Shown here piece after piece: positions 46,264 through 57,334 of a stretch of DNA of 64,000 bases. A program made the translations under genes and the position numbers. The DNA comes from Candidatus Omnitrophota bacterium (GTDB lineage Bacteria > Omnitrophota > Omnitrophia > Omnitrophales > Aquincolibacteriaceae): NCBI GenBank assembly GCA_022709525.1, contig JAKLIQ010000003.1:65771-129770 (forward strand), read 5' to 3'. The notes under the pieces are model-generated. The model was not told the DNA's origin. It did no database searches and saw only the letters and a program-made list of their open reading frames with translations. Each line of letters begins with the position of its first letter. Positions within the stretch are counted from its first letter, which is position 1.

Positions 46264-46345
46264 GAGGGGACTCGCCCCTCGGGACTAGGGACTCGTAAAA
46301 ACGAGGAACCAAAACGAGTCCCGAGGAACAGGTCCCGAGTCCCTT
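46264..46345 (+). repeat. R1 copy of structured intergenic repeat between rpsG and fusA
   Basis: nested hairpins; aligns with revcomp of 26331-26395. Confidence 0.55.
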
Positions 46346-46357
46346 TTGGGAAAATTT

Positions 46358-48439
46358 ATGGCAGACGAAAAGAAAATACATTTTCCGATCAATAAGATAC
46401 GCAATATCGGCATCGCCGCCCATATTGACGCGGGGAAGACGACTACCTCCGAGCGCATCCTTTATTACACCGGCCGGGCCTACAAGATCGGCGAGGTGCA
46501 TGAAGGCACCGCGGTCATGGACTGGATGGAACAGGAGCAGGAGCGCGGCATCACGATCACCTCGGCCGCGACGACCTGTTTCTGGAAAGATTGCCGCATC
46601 AACCTGATCGATACCCCAGGGCACGTGGACTTCACGATCGAAGTCGAACGTTCCTTGCGCGTGCTGGACGGCTGCGTCGCGGTTTTTGGCGCCGTCGAAG
46701 GCGTGGAGCCGCAATCCGAGACCGTGTGGCGCCAGGCAGACCGTTATCATGTGCCGCGCATCGCCTTCATCAATAAGATGGACCGCACCGGTGCGGAATT
46801 TGAAAAGAATGTCCAGCAAATGCGCGACCAGCTTGGCGCGAACGCCGTTCCGATCCAGATCCCGCTTGGGCTTGAAGAAAAACATAAAGGCGTCATCGAC
46901 CTTGTCGAGATGAAAGCGTACATTTTTAATGACGAGACTCTTGGCGCGAAATTCGATATTGCCGAGATCCCGGCAGAATACATAGAGCAAGCCAAAAAAG
47001 CTCGGGAGTTCATGATCGAAAAGGTTTCAGAATATGATGACGCTTTGCTCCATAAATTCATCGAAGGGCAAGTGCCCACAGTCGCCGAGATCAAATCCGC
47101 CATCCGCAAGGGGACGATCAGTTTAAAAATGGCCCCCGTGATCGTGGGTTCCGCCTTGAAAAACAAAGGCGTTCAACAGCTTTTGGACGCAGTCGTGGAT
47201 TATCTTCCTTCGCCAAAAGACATCCCGCCGGTCAAAGGGACCGAGCCGGGAACAGAAAATGAAATTCACCGCGAAGCCGATGATAAGGCCCCTTTGTCCT
47301 GCTACGCGTTCAAGATCGCAAGCGATAAGTTCGTGGGGTCTTTGACCTACATCCGTATTTACTCCGGAACGCTTTCTTCGAGTTCTTATATTTACAATGT
47401 TCGCACCAACAAGACCGAGCGCATCGGCCGTCTTCTTCTCATGCATGCCAACAAGCGAGAAGAGATCGATGAGGCCGGCGCCGGGAACATCGTCGCGGCA
47501 GTCGGCCTTAAAGAGGTCAAGACCGGCGATTCCCTTTGCGTTGAAAACGATCCGATCCTTCTTGAGACCATGTTCGTCCCTGAGCCCGTGATCTGGATGG
47601 CGGTCGAACCGAAGACCAAAGCGGACCGCGACCGCTTGTCGGATGCGATCGGAAAACTCGTCAATGAGGACCCGACGTTCCGCGTCAAGACGGATCAGGA
47701 AACAGTCCAGACTTTGATCGGCGGCATGGGGGAACTTCATTTAGATATCAAAGTCGACATCATGAAGCGCGAATATAACGTCCAGGTCAATGTCGGCAAA
47801 CCCCAAGTCGCTTATAAAGAAACGATCCAGGGCGTTGCCGAGGCTGAAGGAAAATTCATCAAGCAAACCGGTGGCCGCGGGCAATACGGTCATTGCTTCC
47901 TGAAGATCGAGCCTCTTGAGCGCGGCAAAGGGATCGAATTTGAGAATAAAGTTGTCGGCGGTTCTATTCCCCGTGAATATATTCCCGCCGTGGAATCGGG
48001 CGTAGAAGATGCCTGCGCGAACGGCGTCCTGGCGGGTTATCCCGTGACGGATGTCCGCGCGATCGTTTATGACGGCAGCTATCATGACGTGGACTCCTCG
48101 GAGATCGCGTTTAAAATGGCCGGCATTTTTGCCTTTAAAGAAGCTTTCAAAAGAGCAAAACCCGTTCTTTTAGAGCCTATCATGTCGGTGGAGGTGCTGG
48201 TTCCGGAAGAATACATGGGTGATGTGATCGGCGACCTGAACTCCCGCCGTTGCGTGATCCAGGAGCTCACAAACCGCGGCCATCTCAAGGCGATCAAGGG
48301 GCTTGTGCCTCTTTCCGAGATGTTCGGTTATGCGACTTCGGTCCGTTCCCTGTCGCAGGGACGCGCGACCTACACAATGGAACCGCACACTTATCAAGAA
48401 GTCCCGAAAATGATCGCGGACAAGATCATCGCAGGATAA
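46358..48439 (+). CDS. fusA: elongation factor G
   Basis: 693 aa from ATG (track used upstream TTG); AHIDAGKTT. Confidence 0.97.
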   Translation: MADEKKIHFPINKIRNIGIAAHIDAGKTTTSERILYYTGRAYKIGEVHEGTAVMDWMEQEQERGITITSAATTCFWKDCRINLIDTPGHVDFTIEVERSLRVLDGCVAVFGAVEGVEPQSETVWRQADRYHVPRIAFINKMDRTGAEFEKNVQQMRDQLGANAVPIQIPLGLEEKHKGVIDLVEMKAYIFNDETLGAKFDIAEIPAEYIEQAKKAREFMIEKVSEYDDALLHKFIEGQVPTVAEIKSAIRKGTISLKMAPVIVGSALKNKGVQQLLDAVVDYLPSPKDIPPVKGTEPGTENEIHREADDKAPLSCYAFKIASDKFVGSLTYIRIYSGTLSSSSYIYNVRTNKTERIGRLLLMHANKREEIDEAGAGNIVAAVGLKEVKTGDSLCVENDPILLETMFVPEPVIWMAVEPKTKADRDRLSDAIGKLVNEDPTFRVKTDQETVQTLIGGMGELHLDIKVDIMKREYNVQVNVGKPQVAYKETIQGVAEAEGKFIKQTGGRGQYGHCFLKIEPLERGKGIEFENKVVGGSIPREYIPAVESGVEDACANGVLAGYPVTDVRAIVYDGSYHDVDSSEIAFKMAGIFAFKEAFKRAKPVLLEPIMSVEVLVPEEYMGDVIGDLNSRRCVIQELTNRGHLKAIKGLVPLSEMFGYATSVRSLSQGRATYTMEPHTYQEVPKMIADKIIAG

Positions 48440-48450
48440 ACCCCGTTAGA

Positions 48451-48543
48451 GACTTGAAGTTCGGGGAGAGAAATTTAAGAAGCAGTGACAGAAAAGTATT
48501 AACCCAAAAAGGATAGCCCGAGAGGTTAAGGCCTCTAACGGGG
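48451..48543 (+). promoter_or_regulatory. S10-operon leader: 11-bp perfect inverted repeat ccccgttagag / ctctaacgggg enclosing ~70 nt
   Basis: read directly between fusA stop and rpsJ start. Confidence 0.35.
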
Positions 48544-48549
48544 TAAAAC

Positions 48550-48864
48550 ATGGCACAGGTTAAAGAAAAGATCCGTATCAAGTTGAAGGCGTACGATCAT
48601 CGCGTGCTGGACCAATCGGTCCAGGAGATCGTGGGCACGGCAAAAAAGACGGGCGCCAAGGTCATCGGCCCGATCCCGCTCCCGACCCACATCTGGAAGA
48701 CGACCGTGCTTCGCGGCCCGCATATCGACAAAAAGGCCCGGGACCAGTTCGAGATCCGGACCCACAAACGCCTGATCGAGCTTGAAGAACCCACTTCCCG
48801 GACCGTGGACGCGCTGATGAAGCTCGATCTTCCGGCGGGCGTGGATGTAGAAATCAAACTTTAA
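48550..48864 (+). CDS. rpsJ: 30S ribosomal protein S10
   Basis: 104 aa. Confidence 0.97.
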   Translation: MAQVKEKIRIKLKAYDHRVLDQSVQEIVGTAKKTGAKVIGPIPLPTHIWKTTVLRGPHIDKKARDQFEIRTHKRLIELEEPTSRTVDALMKLDLPAGVDVEIKL

Positions 48865-48875
48865 AAGAGACGATT

Positions 48876-49622
48876 ATGATCGGCTTATTGGGTAAAAAAG
48901 TCGGAATGTCCCAGCTCTTTGACGCGGAGGGCCAGCAGGTCCCCGTGACGGTGCTTGAGGTCGGTCCCTGTTTCGTGACGGCGCTTCGCACTAAGGAGAA
49001 GAACGGTTATCAGGGCGTGCAGCTCGGCTTCGACGCCGTAAAAGAAAAACGCCTCAATAAGGCAAAGCTCGGCGCATTCAAAAAAGCCAGCGTGCCGGTG
49101 GTCAATTTCGTCCGCGAGATCCGTACCGACGATATCGCCCATCTGAGCGTGGGAAGCGAGCTCCGGGCCGAGAATTTTGAAGCCGGGGAATACGTCGATA
49201 TCGAAGGCATTTCGATCGGCAAAGGTTTTCAGGGCGTTGTGAAGCGTTTGAACTACAAAGGGGGCGCGAGCAAAAGTCACGGCTCCATGTTCGGCCGCGT
49301 GCCGGGATCGATCGGCGCCAAAGCCGGCGGCGTGGGTTGCCGCAAGAAAGTCCGAAAAGGCAAAGGCCTGCCCGGCCATATGGGCGATGAAAAGATCTGT
49401 ATTCATAATCTTAAGGTCATGAAAGTGGATGCCGAAAATAATCTTCTCGTTCTCAAAGGCAGCGTTCCCGGGGCCGAGGGGAGTTATTTGATCGTCCGCA
49501 GCGCGCTTAAGCGCGGCAAGAAGAACGCCTGGAAAGTCAGAGGTTCGAAGCAGGAGTCCCCGAAGGAAGCGTCCTCGGAAACTTCGAAAGCTGAAAATCC
49601 TCAGGCACCGCTTAAAGATTAA
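48876..49622 (+). CDS. rplC: 50S ribosomal protein L3
   Basis: 248 aa. Confidence 0.95.
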   Translation: MIGLLGKKVGMSQLFDAEGQQVPVTVLEVGPCFVTALRTKEKNGYQGVQLGFDAVKEKRLNKAKLGAFKKASVPVVNFVREIRTDDIAHLSVGSELRAENFEAGEYVDIEGISIGKGFQGVVKRLNYKGGASKSHGSMFGRVPGSIGAKAGGVGCRKKVRKGKGLPGHMGDEKICIHNLKVMKVDAENNLLVLKGSVPGAEGSYLIVRSALKRGKKNAWKVRGSKQESPKEASSETSKAENPQAPLKD

Positions 49623-49735
49623 TTTTATGGTTAGCGGTGCCAGCACTGTTAACCCTTAAAATAAAAAAGAAAACAGTGCAGGAAGGAACCAAAGCAAGTT
49701 CCTAAGCCGGAAATCATAAGGAAAGGTAAATAAAA

Positions 49736-50392
49736 ATGAAGGTGCTTCTTTACTCTAGAGAGGGTAAGAAGAAACAAGAGGTAGTGCTGAACCCCGACAT
49801 TTACGGGGTCCGGGCCAACGACCGCCTTCTGGAATTGGTGCGGAACGCTTACGCGGGGAATCTCCGTAAAGGGACCGCGGATACCAAAACGCGCGGCGAA
49901 GTGCGCGGCGGCGGCAAGAAACCTTGGAAACAAAAAGGCACCGGCCGGGCGCGTCACGGCTCGACCCGTTCTCCGATCTGGGTAGGCGGCGGCACCGTGT
50001 TTGGGCCGCATCCGAGGGATTACAGCGTGTCGCTTTCCAAGACGATCCGCAATCAGGCCTTAAAAGTCATGCTGAGTAAGCGCGCCGGCGAGAAGAATCT
50101 GATGCTTTTAGAGGCCCTTAAGCTTGAAACGCCTAAAACCAAGGAATTTGCGGCGATCGTCAAGGCGCTGCCGATCCCGGAGAAACGCGCGCTTTATGTT
50201 GTTAAGGAAACGACGCCCAACCTGAAACGCGCGAGCCGCAATATGCGCGAGCGGGTCGAAGTAAAAACGGCGGCTGAATTCAGCGCCTATGATGTCATGC
50301 AGCGCGAAAAGATCGTGATCGACGAAGCCGCGGTGGAACTGATCGAAAAACGCTTGGCGGTGAAGGCGAAGGAGAAATCGAGTGAAGCTTAA
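49736..50392 (+). CDS. rplD: 50S ribosomal protein L4
   Basis: 218 aa. Confidence 0.95.
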   Translation: MKVLLYSREGKKKQEVVLNPDIYGVRANDRLLELVRNAYAGNLRKGTADTKTRGEVRGGGKKPWKQKGTGRARHGSTRSPIWVGGGTVFGPHPRDYSVSLSKTIRNQALKVMLSKRAGEKNLMLLEALKLETPKTKEFAAIVKALPIPEKRALYVVKETTPNLKRASRNMRERVEVKTAAEFSAYDVMQREKIVIDEAAVELIEKRLAVKAKEKSSEA

Positions 50393-50669
50393 TCTTTACG
50401 ATATTGTGATGGAGCCGTTGAGCACGGAGAAGCTTTCAAAAGCTACGGAGACAGCGAGCCAGTACGGTTTTCGCGTGCATCCCGAAGCCAATAAAAAAGA
50501 AGTCAAGGCGGCTGTCGAGAAGATCTTTAATGTGCACGTGGAAAGCGTGAACACTATGAACGTTTCGGGGAAGTGGCGCCGGGTGCGTTACCATCCCGGG
50601 CAAACGGTGGCATGGAAGAAAGCCATCGTGACCCTCAAGAAGGGCGAAAAGATCGACCTGACGAAGTAA
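50382..50669 (+). CDS. rplW: 50S ribosomal protein L23
   Basis: 95 aa, GTG start. Confidence 0.93.
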   Translation: MKLNLYDIVMEPLSTEKLSKATETASQYGFRVHPEANKKEVKAAVEKIFNVHVESVNTMNVSGKWRRVRYHPGQTVAWKKAIVTLKKGEKIDLTK

Positions 50670-50678
50670 AAAGGACCT

Positions 50679-51506
50679 ATGGGACTCATTAAATTCAGAC
50701 CGGTAACACCGACGCAGCGATACGGGAACGTTTCCGATTTTGCGGAGATCACGACAGACCGTCCGTACAAGCCCCTGACCTATGTGAAAAAAAGGACAGG
50801 CGGACGCAATAATCACGGCCATATCACTTCACGCCATCGCGGCGGAGGGCACAAACGCCGCGTCCGTTTGGTGGATTTCAGAAGGAACCGGCTCGGGATC
50901 GAGGCCACGGTCCTTTCCGTGGAATATGATCCGAACCGTAGCGCCCGCGTCGCGCTCGTGGAATACACGGACGGGCTTAAGAGCTACATCCTTTGCCCCG
51001 ACGGCCTGAAGGTCGGCGAAAAAGTGGTAAGCGGTCCCAATGTGGAAGTGAAAGTCGGGAATCATCTGCCGCTTGAAAAGATCCCGGAAGGTTCCATGAT
51101 CCATAATATCGAGCTTCGTCCCGGTTTGGGCGGCAAATTAGTGCGCGCCGGAGGCGTCGTGGCGCAGATCCTGGCCAAAGAAAATGACATGGCCCATGTC
51201 AAGCTCCCCTCGGGCGAGGTCAGACTTGTGCCGGCCAAAGCGTATGCGACGATCGGTCAATGCTCTAATATCGACAATGAAAATATCGTTCTCGGCAAAG
51301 CCGGACGCAGCCGCTGGCTCGGGATCCGTCCTTGCTCCCGCGGCGTGGCGCGTAACCCGGTCGACCATCCGCTCGGCGGCGGTGAGGGGAAGTCCAAAGG
51401 CGGCAATCATCCGCAAAGCCCGTGGGGACAGAAATCCAAGGGTCTTAAGACGCGCCGGCGCGATAAAGCATCGAACAAATTCATCGTGAAGGATCGCAGA
51501 AAATGA
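50679..51506 (+). CDS. rplB: 50S ribosomal protein L2
   Basis: 275 aa. Confidence 0.97.
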   Translation: MGLIKFRPVTPTQRYGNVSDFAEITTDRPYKPLTYVKKRTGGRNNHGHITSRHRGGGHKRRVRLVDFRRNRLGIEATVLSVEYDPNRSARVALVEYTDGLKSYILCPDGLKVGEKVVSGPNVEVKVGNHLPLEKIPEGSMIHNIELRPGLGGKLVRAGGVVAQILAKENDMAHVKLPSGEVRLVPAKAYATIGQCSNIDNENIVLGKAGRSRWLGIRPCSRGVARNPVDHPLGGGEGKSKGGNHPQSPWGQKSKGLKTRRRDKASNKFIVKDRRK

Positions 51507-51802
51507 GCCGTTCGGCAAAAAAAGGCGTTTACGTTGACGAAAAGCTTTTAGCAAAGGCCCAGATCGCCAATCAAAAAAAAGACCGCCGTCCGATCAAGAC
51601 GTGGTCGAGGCGCTCCACGATCACGCCGGATTTTGTGGGCGTGACACTTTCCGTCCATAACGGCAAAACGTTCCATAACGTGTTTGTGACCGAAAATATG
51701 GTGGGTCACAAGCTCGGGGAGTTCTCTCCGACAAGAACATTCAAGAAGCACAGCGCTTCAGGCGATAAGGCCAAAGCCCTCGCCGAAGGCGCGAAAACAT
51801 AG
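51503..51802 (+). CDS. rpsS: 30S ribosomal protein S19
   Basis: 99 aa. Confidence 0.96.
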   Translation: MSRSAKKGVYVDEKLLAKAQIANQKKDRRPIKTWSRRSTITPDFVGVTLSVHNGKTFHNVFVTENMVGHKLGEFSPTRTFKKHSASGDKAKALAEGAKT

Positions 51803-51819
51803 TCTTTAAAGACAACGCC

Positions 51820-52269
51820 ATGGCTAAAGAAGAGAAAAAGATAAAAACCGAAACGGCGCCGTCACCCCGAAAAGTCCGGGCGGTCACCAAGCATCTGAGG
51901 ATCGCTCCGCGGAAAATGCGCATTGTGATCGATACGATCCGGAGAAAGCCGGCTTTTGAAGCGGTCGGCATCCTGATGCTTCTGAAGAAAAAAGGCGCCA
52001 AGATGGCGGTCAAAACGCTGAAAAGCGCTATCGCGAACGCCAAAAACCTCGGGTTGAACGAAAACCGTCTTTATGTTTCCGACGCGCGGGCGGACGGAGG
52101 GCCTGTTTTCAAAAGGTTCCTGACCCGTTCCATGGGCCGCGCGGACAAGATCTTAAAACGCACCACGCATTTGACCCTCGAGGTTCGCGAAGGGTTCAAG
52201 GTTTGGGGCGGGAACGCGCCGGAAGACGCGAAAGCAAAAAATAAGAAAAAAACCGCTGCGGCGGCTTAG
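51820..52269 (+). CDS. rplV: 50S ribosomal protein L22
   Basis: 149 aa. Confidence 0.93.
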   Translation: MAKEEKKIKTETAPSPRKVRAVTKHLRIAPRKMRIVIDTIRRKPAFEAVGILMLLKKKGAKMAVKTLKSAIANAKNLGLNENRLYVSDARADGGPVFKRFLTRSMGRADKILKRTTHLTLEVREGFKVWGGNAPEDAKAKNKKKTAAAA

Positions 52270-52278
52270 GAGGTTATT

Positions 52279-53067
52279 TTGGGTCAGAAAGTCCATCCTT
52301 ACGGAATCAGAGTCGGGTATATCAAGCCCTGGAAGGCCCGTTGGTTCGCCAAGCGGGACGCGGGGACCATCTTGATGGAGGACCTCAAGATCCGTAAATA
52401 TTTAAAGGAAAAGCTCGCCGTCGCCGGGGTTTCGTCGATCGAGATCGACCGCGCCTCGAACCGCATCCGCGTCCGTATCTTCGCCGCCAAACCCGGCGTG
52501 ATCATCGGGCGTCGCGGGCAGGAGATCGACAAGATCAAAGAAGACCTTGCCGATCTGACCAAGAACGAGGTTTTTCTCGATATCAAGGAAGTCAAGATGC
52601 CGCAGATCGATGCCCAGCTGGTGGCCGAGAATATCGCGCTTCAGCTTGAGAAACGCATCGGTTTCCGTCGCGCCATGAAAAAGGCCATCCAGCTAGCGAT
52701 GCAAAAAGGGGCGCTTGGCATCAAAGTGATGTGCAAGGGCCGTTTGGGGGGCGCCGAGATCGCCCGGGAAGAAAAATATCATGAAGGCAAAGTGCCGCTC
52801 GGCACGTTCCGCGCGGATGTCGATTTCGGTTTTGCCGAGGCGTTCACCACCTACGGCACCATCGGCTGCAAGGCCTGGATCTACAAAGGCGATGTGCTTG
52901 TGAAAAAAGAGCAAGAAGCCCAAAAACTCGAACTCGAGAAAAAATTCAAAGTGGCGGAAGAAGAAACCGTTAAAGCGGAAGGGTCGGAGACGGAAAAACC
53001 CGCCTCTGAAGGCCCCGCCAAAGAAAACGAAACGCAGGAGAATAAGGGCCATGCCGCTTCAGCCTAA
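52279..53067 (+). CDS. rpsC: 30S ribosomal protein S3
   Basis: 262 aa; TTG start after TAGGAGG; MGQKVHPYG. Confidence 0.96.
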   Translation: MGQKVHPYGIRVGYIKPWKARWFAKRDAGTILMEDLKIRKYLKEKLAVAGVSSIEIDRASNRIRVRIFAAKPGVIIGRRGQEIDKIKEDLADLTKNEVFLDIKEVKMPQIDAQLVAENIALQLEKRIGFRRAMKKAIQLAMQKGALGIKVMCKGRLGGAEIAREEKYHEGKVPLGTFRADVDFGFAEAFTTYGTIGCKAWIYKGDVLVKKEQEAQKLELEKKFKVAEEETVKAEGSETEKPASEGPAKENETQENKGHAASA

Positions 53068-53470
53068 GAGAGTTAAGTTCCGGAAGCAGCAGCGCGGCTG
53101 GATGCGCGGGGTTTCTACCCGCGGCAGCGAGCTCGCTTTCGGGGAATTCGGCCTTAAAGCGCTTTCCTGTGCCTGGTTGACCGGGATTCAGATCGAAGCG
53201 GCCCGTGTGGCCCTGACGCGGCATGTCAAACGCGGCGGCAAGATCTGGCTGCGTGTTTTCCCGGACAAGTCGGTTTCCAAGAAACCGGCCGAAACCCGTA
53301 TGGGAAAAGGCAAAGCCGCGCCTTCGCATTATGTCGCGGTGATCAAGCCCGGCAAAATTCTTTTTGAAATGGGAGGGATCCCGGAAGAAATGGCGAAGTC
53401 GGCCATGAGGCTTTGCGCCCACAAGATCCCGTTCCGCACCAAATTCGTCAAACGCGAGGCGGCCGCCTGA
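53051..53470 (+). CDS. rplP: 50S ribosomal protein L16
   Basis: 139 aa. Confidence 0.96.
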   Translation: MPLQPKRVKFRKQQRGWMRGVSTRGSELAFGEFGLKALSCAWLTGIQIEAARVALTRHVKRGGKIWLRVFPDKSVSKKPAETRMGKGKAAPSHYVAVIKPGKILFEMGGIPEEMAKSAMRLCAHKIPFRTKFVKREAAA

Positions 53471-53471
53471 T

Positions 53472-53678
53472 ATGTTGAAGACCAAGGAATTAAGAGAACT
53501 AAGCGTCGAAGAGCTTAGGGAAAAGATCGACGGCTTGAAAAAAGGGCTCATGCAGCTCCGTTTTCAGCATAAGACCGGCAAGCTTGAGCGCCAATCCGCC
53601 TTGAAGGAAGCCCGGCGGGACATTGCGCGCGTGAAAACTTTGATCCGTGAAAAAGAGAAAGGCGAGAAAAAGTCATGA
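53472..53678 (+). CDS. rpmC: 50S ribosomal protein L29
   Basis: 68 aa. Confidence 0.92.
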   Translation: MLKTKELRELSVEELREKIDGLKKGLMQLRFQHKTGKLERQSALKEARRDIARVKTLIREKEKGEKKS

Positions 53679-53938
53679 CCGAGAACGCACCTGAGGTCCA
53701 GGCCAAGCGCGTCCGCGAGGGCGTGGTCGTCAGTTCCAAAATGAACAAGACCATTACCGTGCTCGTGACCCGTTTATTGCAGCATCCAAAGTTCAACAAG
53801 ATCATCAAGCGGCATATCAAATATTCCGCTCACGATGAAAAGAACGAGGCGAAAGAAGGGGATCGCGTCCAGATCGTCGAAACGCGGCCGATCTCGAAAA
53901 CCAAACGTTGGCGCCTTGTGAAAGTGATGAAATCATGA
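53675..53938 (+). CDS. rpsQ: 30S ribosomal protein S17
   Basis: 87 aa. Confidence 0.95.
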   Translation: MTENAPEVQAKRVREGVVVSSKMNKTITVLVTRLLQHPKFNKIIKRHIKYSAHDEKNEAKEGDRVQIVETRPISKTKRWRLVKVMKS

Positions 53939-54303
53939 TCCAGATGAGAGCGGTACTTGAGATTGCGGACAATAGCGGCGCTAAAAAAGCGGCCATGATC
54001 GGCGTGCTCGGCCGCCACAGCAAACGTTCCGCGGGAGTAGGCGACATTATCACGGCTTCCGTGAAAGAAGCGCTTCCCAGCGGCGCCGTCAAAAAAGGCG
54101 AAGTCGTCAAAGCCGTGGTCGTGAGGACCAAGTCCCCGATCCGGCGCAAGGACGGTTCTTGCGTAAGATTCTCCTCGAACGCGATCGTGTTGATCGACAA
54201 TCAGAAAAACCCGCGGGGAACCCGCATTTTCGGTCCCGTGGCGCGCGAGCTTCGCGATTCGGATTTCACCAAGATTATTTCACTCGCGCCGGAGGTTGTT
54301 TAA
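53935..54303 (+). CDS. rplN: 50S ribosomal protein L14
   Basis: 122 aa from [10 protein letters not shown]. Confidence 0.96.
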   Translation: MIQMRAVLEIADNSGAKKAAMIGVLGRHSKRSAGVGDIITASVKEALPSGAVKKGEVVKAVVVRTKSPIRRKDGSCVRFSSNAIVLIDNQKNPRGTRIFGPVARELRDSDFTKIISLAPEVV

Positions 54304-54306
54304 GCC

Positions 54307-54615
54307 ATGAAGATCCGAAAAGGCGACGAAGTGATCGTAACGAAAGGCAAGGACAGCGGCAAAAAAGGCCGTGTGATGCGGGCCTTTCCCAAAGAGGGAA
54401 TGCTTTTGATCGAAAAGATCAACTACCGTACCTGTTATTTACGCAAGAGCCAGGATAATCCCAAGGGCGGGATCACCAAAATGGAAGGAAAGCTCCATGT
54501 CTCGAACGTGAAGCTTGTTTGCCCGAGAAGCGGCAAACCTTCCCGCGTCGGGTATTCCATTCTTGCCGACGGGACCAAACACCGTATCGTCAAGGCATCG
54601 GGCGAGGTTTTATAA
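54307..54615 (+). CDS. rplX: 50S ribosomal protein L24
   Basis: 102 aa; KOW. Confidence 0.94.
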   Translation: MKIRKGDEVIVTKGKDSGKKGRVMRAFPKEGMLLIEKINYRTCYLRKSQDNPKGGITKMEGKLHVSNVKLVCPRSGKPSRVGYSILADGTKHRIVKASGEVL

Positions 54616-54619
54616 GATC

Positions 54620-55180
54620 ATGAACCAGAAAGTCACCGTATTCCCCAGATTGCTTGAAAAATATCGCAGCGAGGTCGTGCCCGAGCTTCAAAAAGAGTTC
54701 GGCTACAAGAATCCCATGCAGGCGCCGCGGATGGATAAGATCGTGGTCAACATGGGCGTCAAAGAAGGCCAGGAAGATATCAAGATCCTGGACCAGCTGG
54801 CGGTTGAGTTGGCGCGCATCGTGGGGCAAAAACCCGTGGTCACGCGCGCGAAGAAATCCATCTCGGCTTTTAAGCTCCGCCAAGGTTCGCCGATCGGGCT
54901 CAAAGTGACGCTTCGCCGCAGCCGCATGTATGAATTCATGGACCGGCTTTTTAATTTCGCGATGCCCCGTATCCGCGACTTTCGGGGATTTTTGGATAAA
55001 AGTTTCGATCAACGCGGCAATTTCACGATCGGGCTCACCGAGCAAACGATCTTCGCCGAGGTAGAGTTCGATAAAATGAAAAAAACACAGGGCATGGATA
55101 TCACGTTCGTGACCACGGCCCAGAACAGCAAAGAAGGCAAACGGCTTCTGGAACTTTTAGGATTTCCTTTCAGGAAATAA
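54620..55180 (+). CDS. rplE: 50S ribosomal protein L5
   Basis: 186 aa from internal Met MNQKVTV. Confidence 0.95.
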   Translation: MNQKVTVFPRLLEKYRSEVVPELQKEFGYKNPMQAPRMDKIVVNMGVKEGQEDIKILDQLAVELARIVGQKPVVTRAKKSISAFKLRQGSPIGLKVTLRRSRMYEFMDRLFNFAMPRIRDFRGFLDKSFDQRGNFTIGLTEQTIFAEVEFDKMKKTQGMDITFVTTAQNSKEGKRLLELLGFPFRK

Positions 55181-55188
55181 GGGACCCC

Positions 55189-55374
55189 ATGGCAAAGACC
55201 TGTTTGATCATTAAGCAAAGACTCGAACCGAAGTTTAAAGTCAGAAAATACAACCGCTGTCAGCGTTGCGGACGTCCGCGCGGCTATATCCGGAAGTTCT
55301 CCATCTGCCGCATTTGTTTCCGGGAGTTGGCCAACACGGGCATGCTGCCGGGCGTCGTTAAATCCAGCTGGTAG
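55189..55374 (+). CDS. rpsZ: 30S ribosomal protein S14 type Z (zinc-binding)
   Basis: 61 aa; CQRCGRP...CRIC. Confidence 0.94.
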   Translation: MAKTCLIIKQRLEPKFKVRKYNRCQRCGRPRGYIRKFSICRICFRELANTGMLPGVVKSSW

Positions 55375-55393
55375 GCGAGGAGGAAAGGGCTTC

Positions 55394-55795
55394 ATGTCGC
55401 GTTACGATTTTATCGGAGATTTTTTAACGTCGGTGCGCAACGCCTCCAAAGCGCGCAAGGATAAACTTACGGCTCCGGCATCGGCGCTTACGGTCCGCAT
55501 CGCGGAGCTCTTGAAGGACGAAGGATTTATCGAGAATGTGAAGCCCTACAATGACGGTAATAAAAATTTCGTCCGGATCCATCTGAAATATTTGCCCGGC
55601 GGCAAAAAGCCGGCGATCCAAGGGCTTAAACGCATCTCGACGCCCGGATTGCGCCGTTACGTTGGTTATGAGGAGATCCCGAAGATCCTTGGCGGTTTTG
55701 GAGCGGTGATCCTTTCAACTCCCAAAGGCGTGATGACCGGAAAACAGGCCCGCGAAGCCAAAGTCGGCGGCGAGATCCTTTGTACGGTCTGGTAA
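55394..55795 (+). CDS. rpsH: 30S ribosomal protein S8
   Basis: 133 aa. Confidence 0.95.
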   Translation: MSRYDFIGDFLTSVRNASKARKDKLTAPASALTVRIAELLKDEGFIENVKPYNDGNKNFVRIHLKYLPGGKKPAIQGLKRISTPGLRRYVGYEEIPKILGGFGAVILSTPKGVMTGKQAREAKVGGEILCTVW

Positions 55796-55812
55796 CTCTT
55801 TAAGGAAAACTT

Positions 55813-56349
55813 ATGTCGCGTATAGGAAAAAAACCAGTTACGATCCCTGAAAAGGTCAAAGTATCCCTTCAGGGTACCGCGCTTCAGGTCCAAGGGCCTA
55901 AAGGAACGCTCAACATGAGCGTTCATCCGAGGATCACCGTTAAAGTGGAAGGATCCGAGGTCAAGATCGCCCGGCCGACGGATATCCGTACGGATCGAGC
56001 GCTTCACGGTCTGACCCGCAGTCTGATCCAGAATATGGTTGTCGGCGTGACGCAAGGTTATTCCAAAGAACTCGAGATCGTGGGCGTCGGTATGAAGGCG
56101 GCCGTGAAAGGCAATCTGCTTAGCATCTCGCTCGGGTTCACGCATCCGATCGATTACACATTCGGCAAAGATATCGAGATCAAGTGCCCGAAACCGACCT
56201 CGATCCTGATCAGCGGCGCCGACAAGCAGCGCGTCGGTCAAGTCGCGGCCGAGATCCGGAGTTTTATGAAACCGGAGCCTTATAAGGGCAAAGGTATCCG
56301 TTACGCCGGCGAACATGTGCGCCGCAAACAGGGCAAAGCCGCCAGCTAA
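55813..56349 (+). CDS. rplF: 50S ribosomal protein L6
   Basis: 178 aa. Confidence 0.95.
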   Translation: MSRIGKKPVTIPEKVKVSLQGTALQVQGPKGTLNMSVHPRITVKVEGSEVKIARPTDIRTDRALHGLTRSLIQNMVVGVTQGYSKELEIVGVGMKAAVKGNLLSISLGFTHPIDYTFGKDIEIKCPKPTSILISGADKQRVGQVAAEIRSFMKPEPYKGKGIRYAGEHVRRKQGKAAS

Positions 56350-56372
56350 CCGGGTACGAAGGAGCCGTATTT

Positions 56373-56735
56373 ATGAGTCATGATAAAGAATGGGGAAGGA
56401 TCCAGAGGCACCGGCGGATCCGTAAAAAGATCCTCGGGACCGCCGAACGGCCCCGCGTGGTCGTTCACCGTTCGCTGAACAATCTTTTCGTTCAAGCGAT
56501 CGACGATGTCGCGCAAAAAACGCTCGCGTCGCTTTCATCGCTGGGGAAGACCGCGGGGAAAGGGGCTTCCAAAAAAGGGAAGATTCCCGTTTCCGAACAC
56601 CTCGGGCAGCTTTTTGCCGATCAGCTCAAGAAAAAAGGCATTCAGAAGATTTCTTTTGACCGCGGCGGCTATCTTTATCACGGTCGCGTGAAAGCATTAG
56701 CAGAATCGATCCGTAAAAACGGCATACAATTTTAA
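56373..56735 (+). CDS. rplR: 50S ribosomal protein L18
   Basis: 120 aa. Confidence 0.93.
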   Translation: MSHDKEWGRIQRHRRIRKKILGTAERPRVVVHRSLNNLFVQAIDDVAQKTLASLSSLGKTAGKGASKKGKIPVSEHLGQLFADQLKKKGIQKISFDRGGYLYHGRVKALAESIRKNGIQF

Positions 56736-56764
56736 AACAGAAGCTGAAAGGAAACCCAAGCAGC

Positions 56765-57334
56765 ATGCAAAAGACAGACGCAGGGCCGAATACGCAGCAA
56801 AAGCCGGCATCCAAAGCACCGGCGGCTTCTTCAAGGTCCTCCAGGACCCCGGCCGTGTCCGCCGACGGCTCTACGACTTATGAAAAAGTGATTCAGGTCA
56901 ACCGCTGCGCCAAAGTCGTGAAAGGCGGCAAGCGTTTTTCTTTTAGCGCTCTTGTGGTGGTCGGCAACGGCGCTTCCCAGCTCGGTTACGCCCAGGGAAA
57001 AGCCAACGAGGTCGCGGATGCGATCCGCAAGGCCCTCGTGGCGGCACGCAAGAACAGCATTTCGATCACCTTAAAAGGGACAACGATCCCTCATGAAGTG
57101 ATCGGGCGGTACGGCGCCGCGAAAGTGTTACTGAAACCGGCCGCTCCCGGTACGGGGATCATCGCCGGAGGTTCGGTCCGCGCCGCATGCGAAGCTTGCG
57201 GGATCAAGGATATCTTGACCAAAAGCCTTGGCAGCGATAATTCGATCAATGTTCTGAAAGCCGCGATCGACGGTTTAACATCCCTTGTGGATCGCAAAGT
57301 GCGTTACGATGTGGAAGGCGAAAAGACAGTATGA
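56765..57334 (+). CDS. rpsE: 30S ribosomal protein S5 (N-terminal extension)
   Basis: 189 aa; no L30 gene follows. Confidence 0.95.
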   Translation: MQKTDAGPNTQQKPASKAPAASSRSSRTPAVSADGSTTYEKVIQVNRCAKVVKGGKRFSFSALVVVGNGASQLGYAQGKANEVADAIRKALVAARKNSISITLKGTTIPHEVIGRYGAAKVLLKPAAPGTGIIAGGSVRAACEACGIKDILTKSLGSDNSINVLKAAIDGLTSLVDRKVRYDVEGEKTV

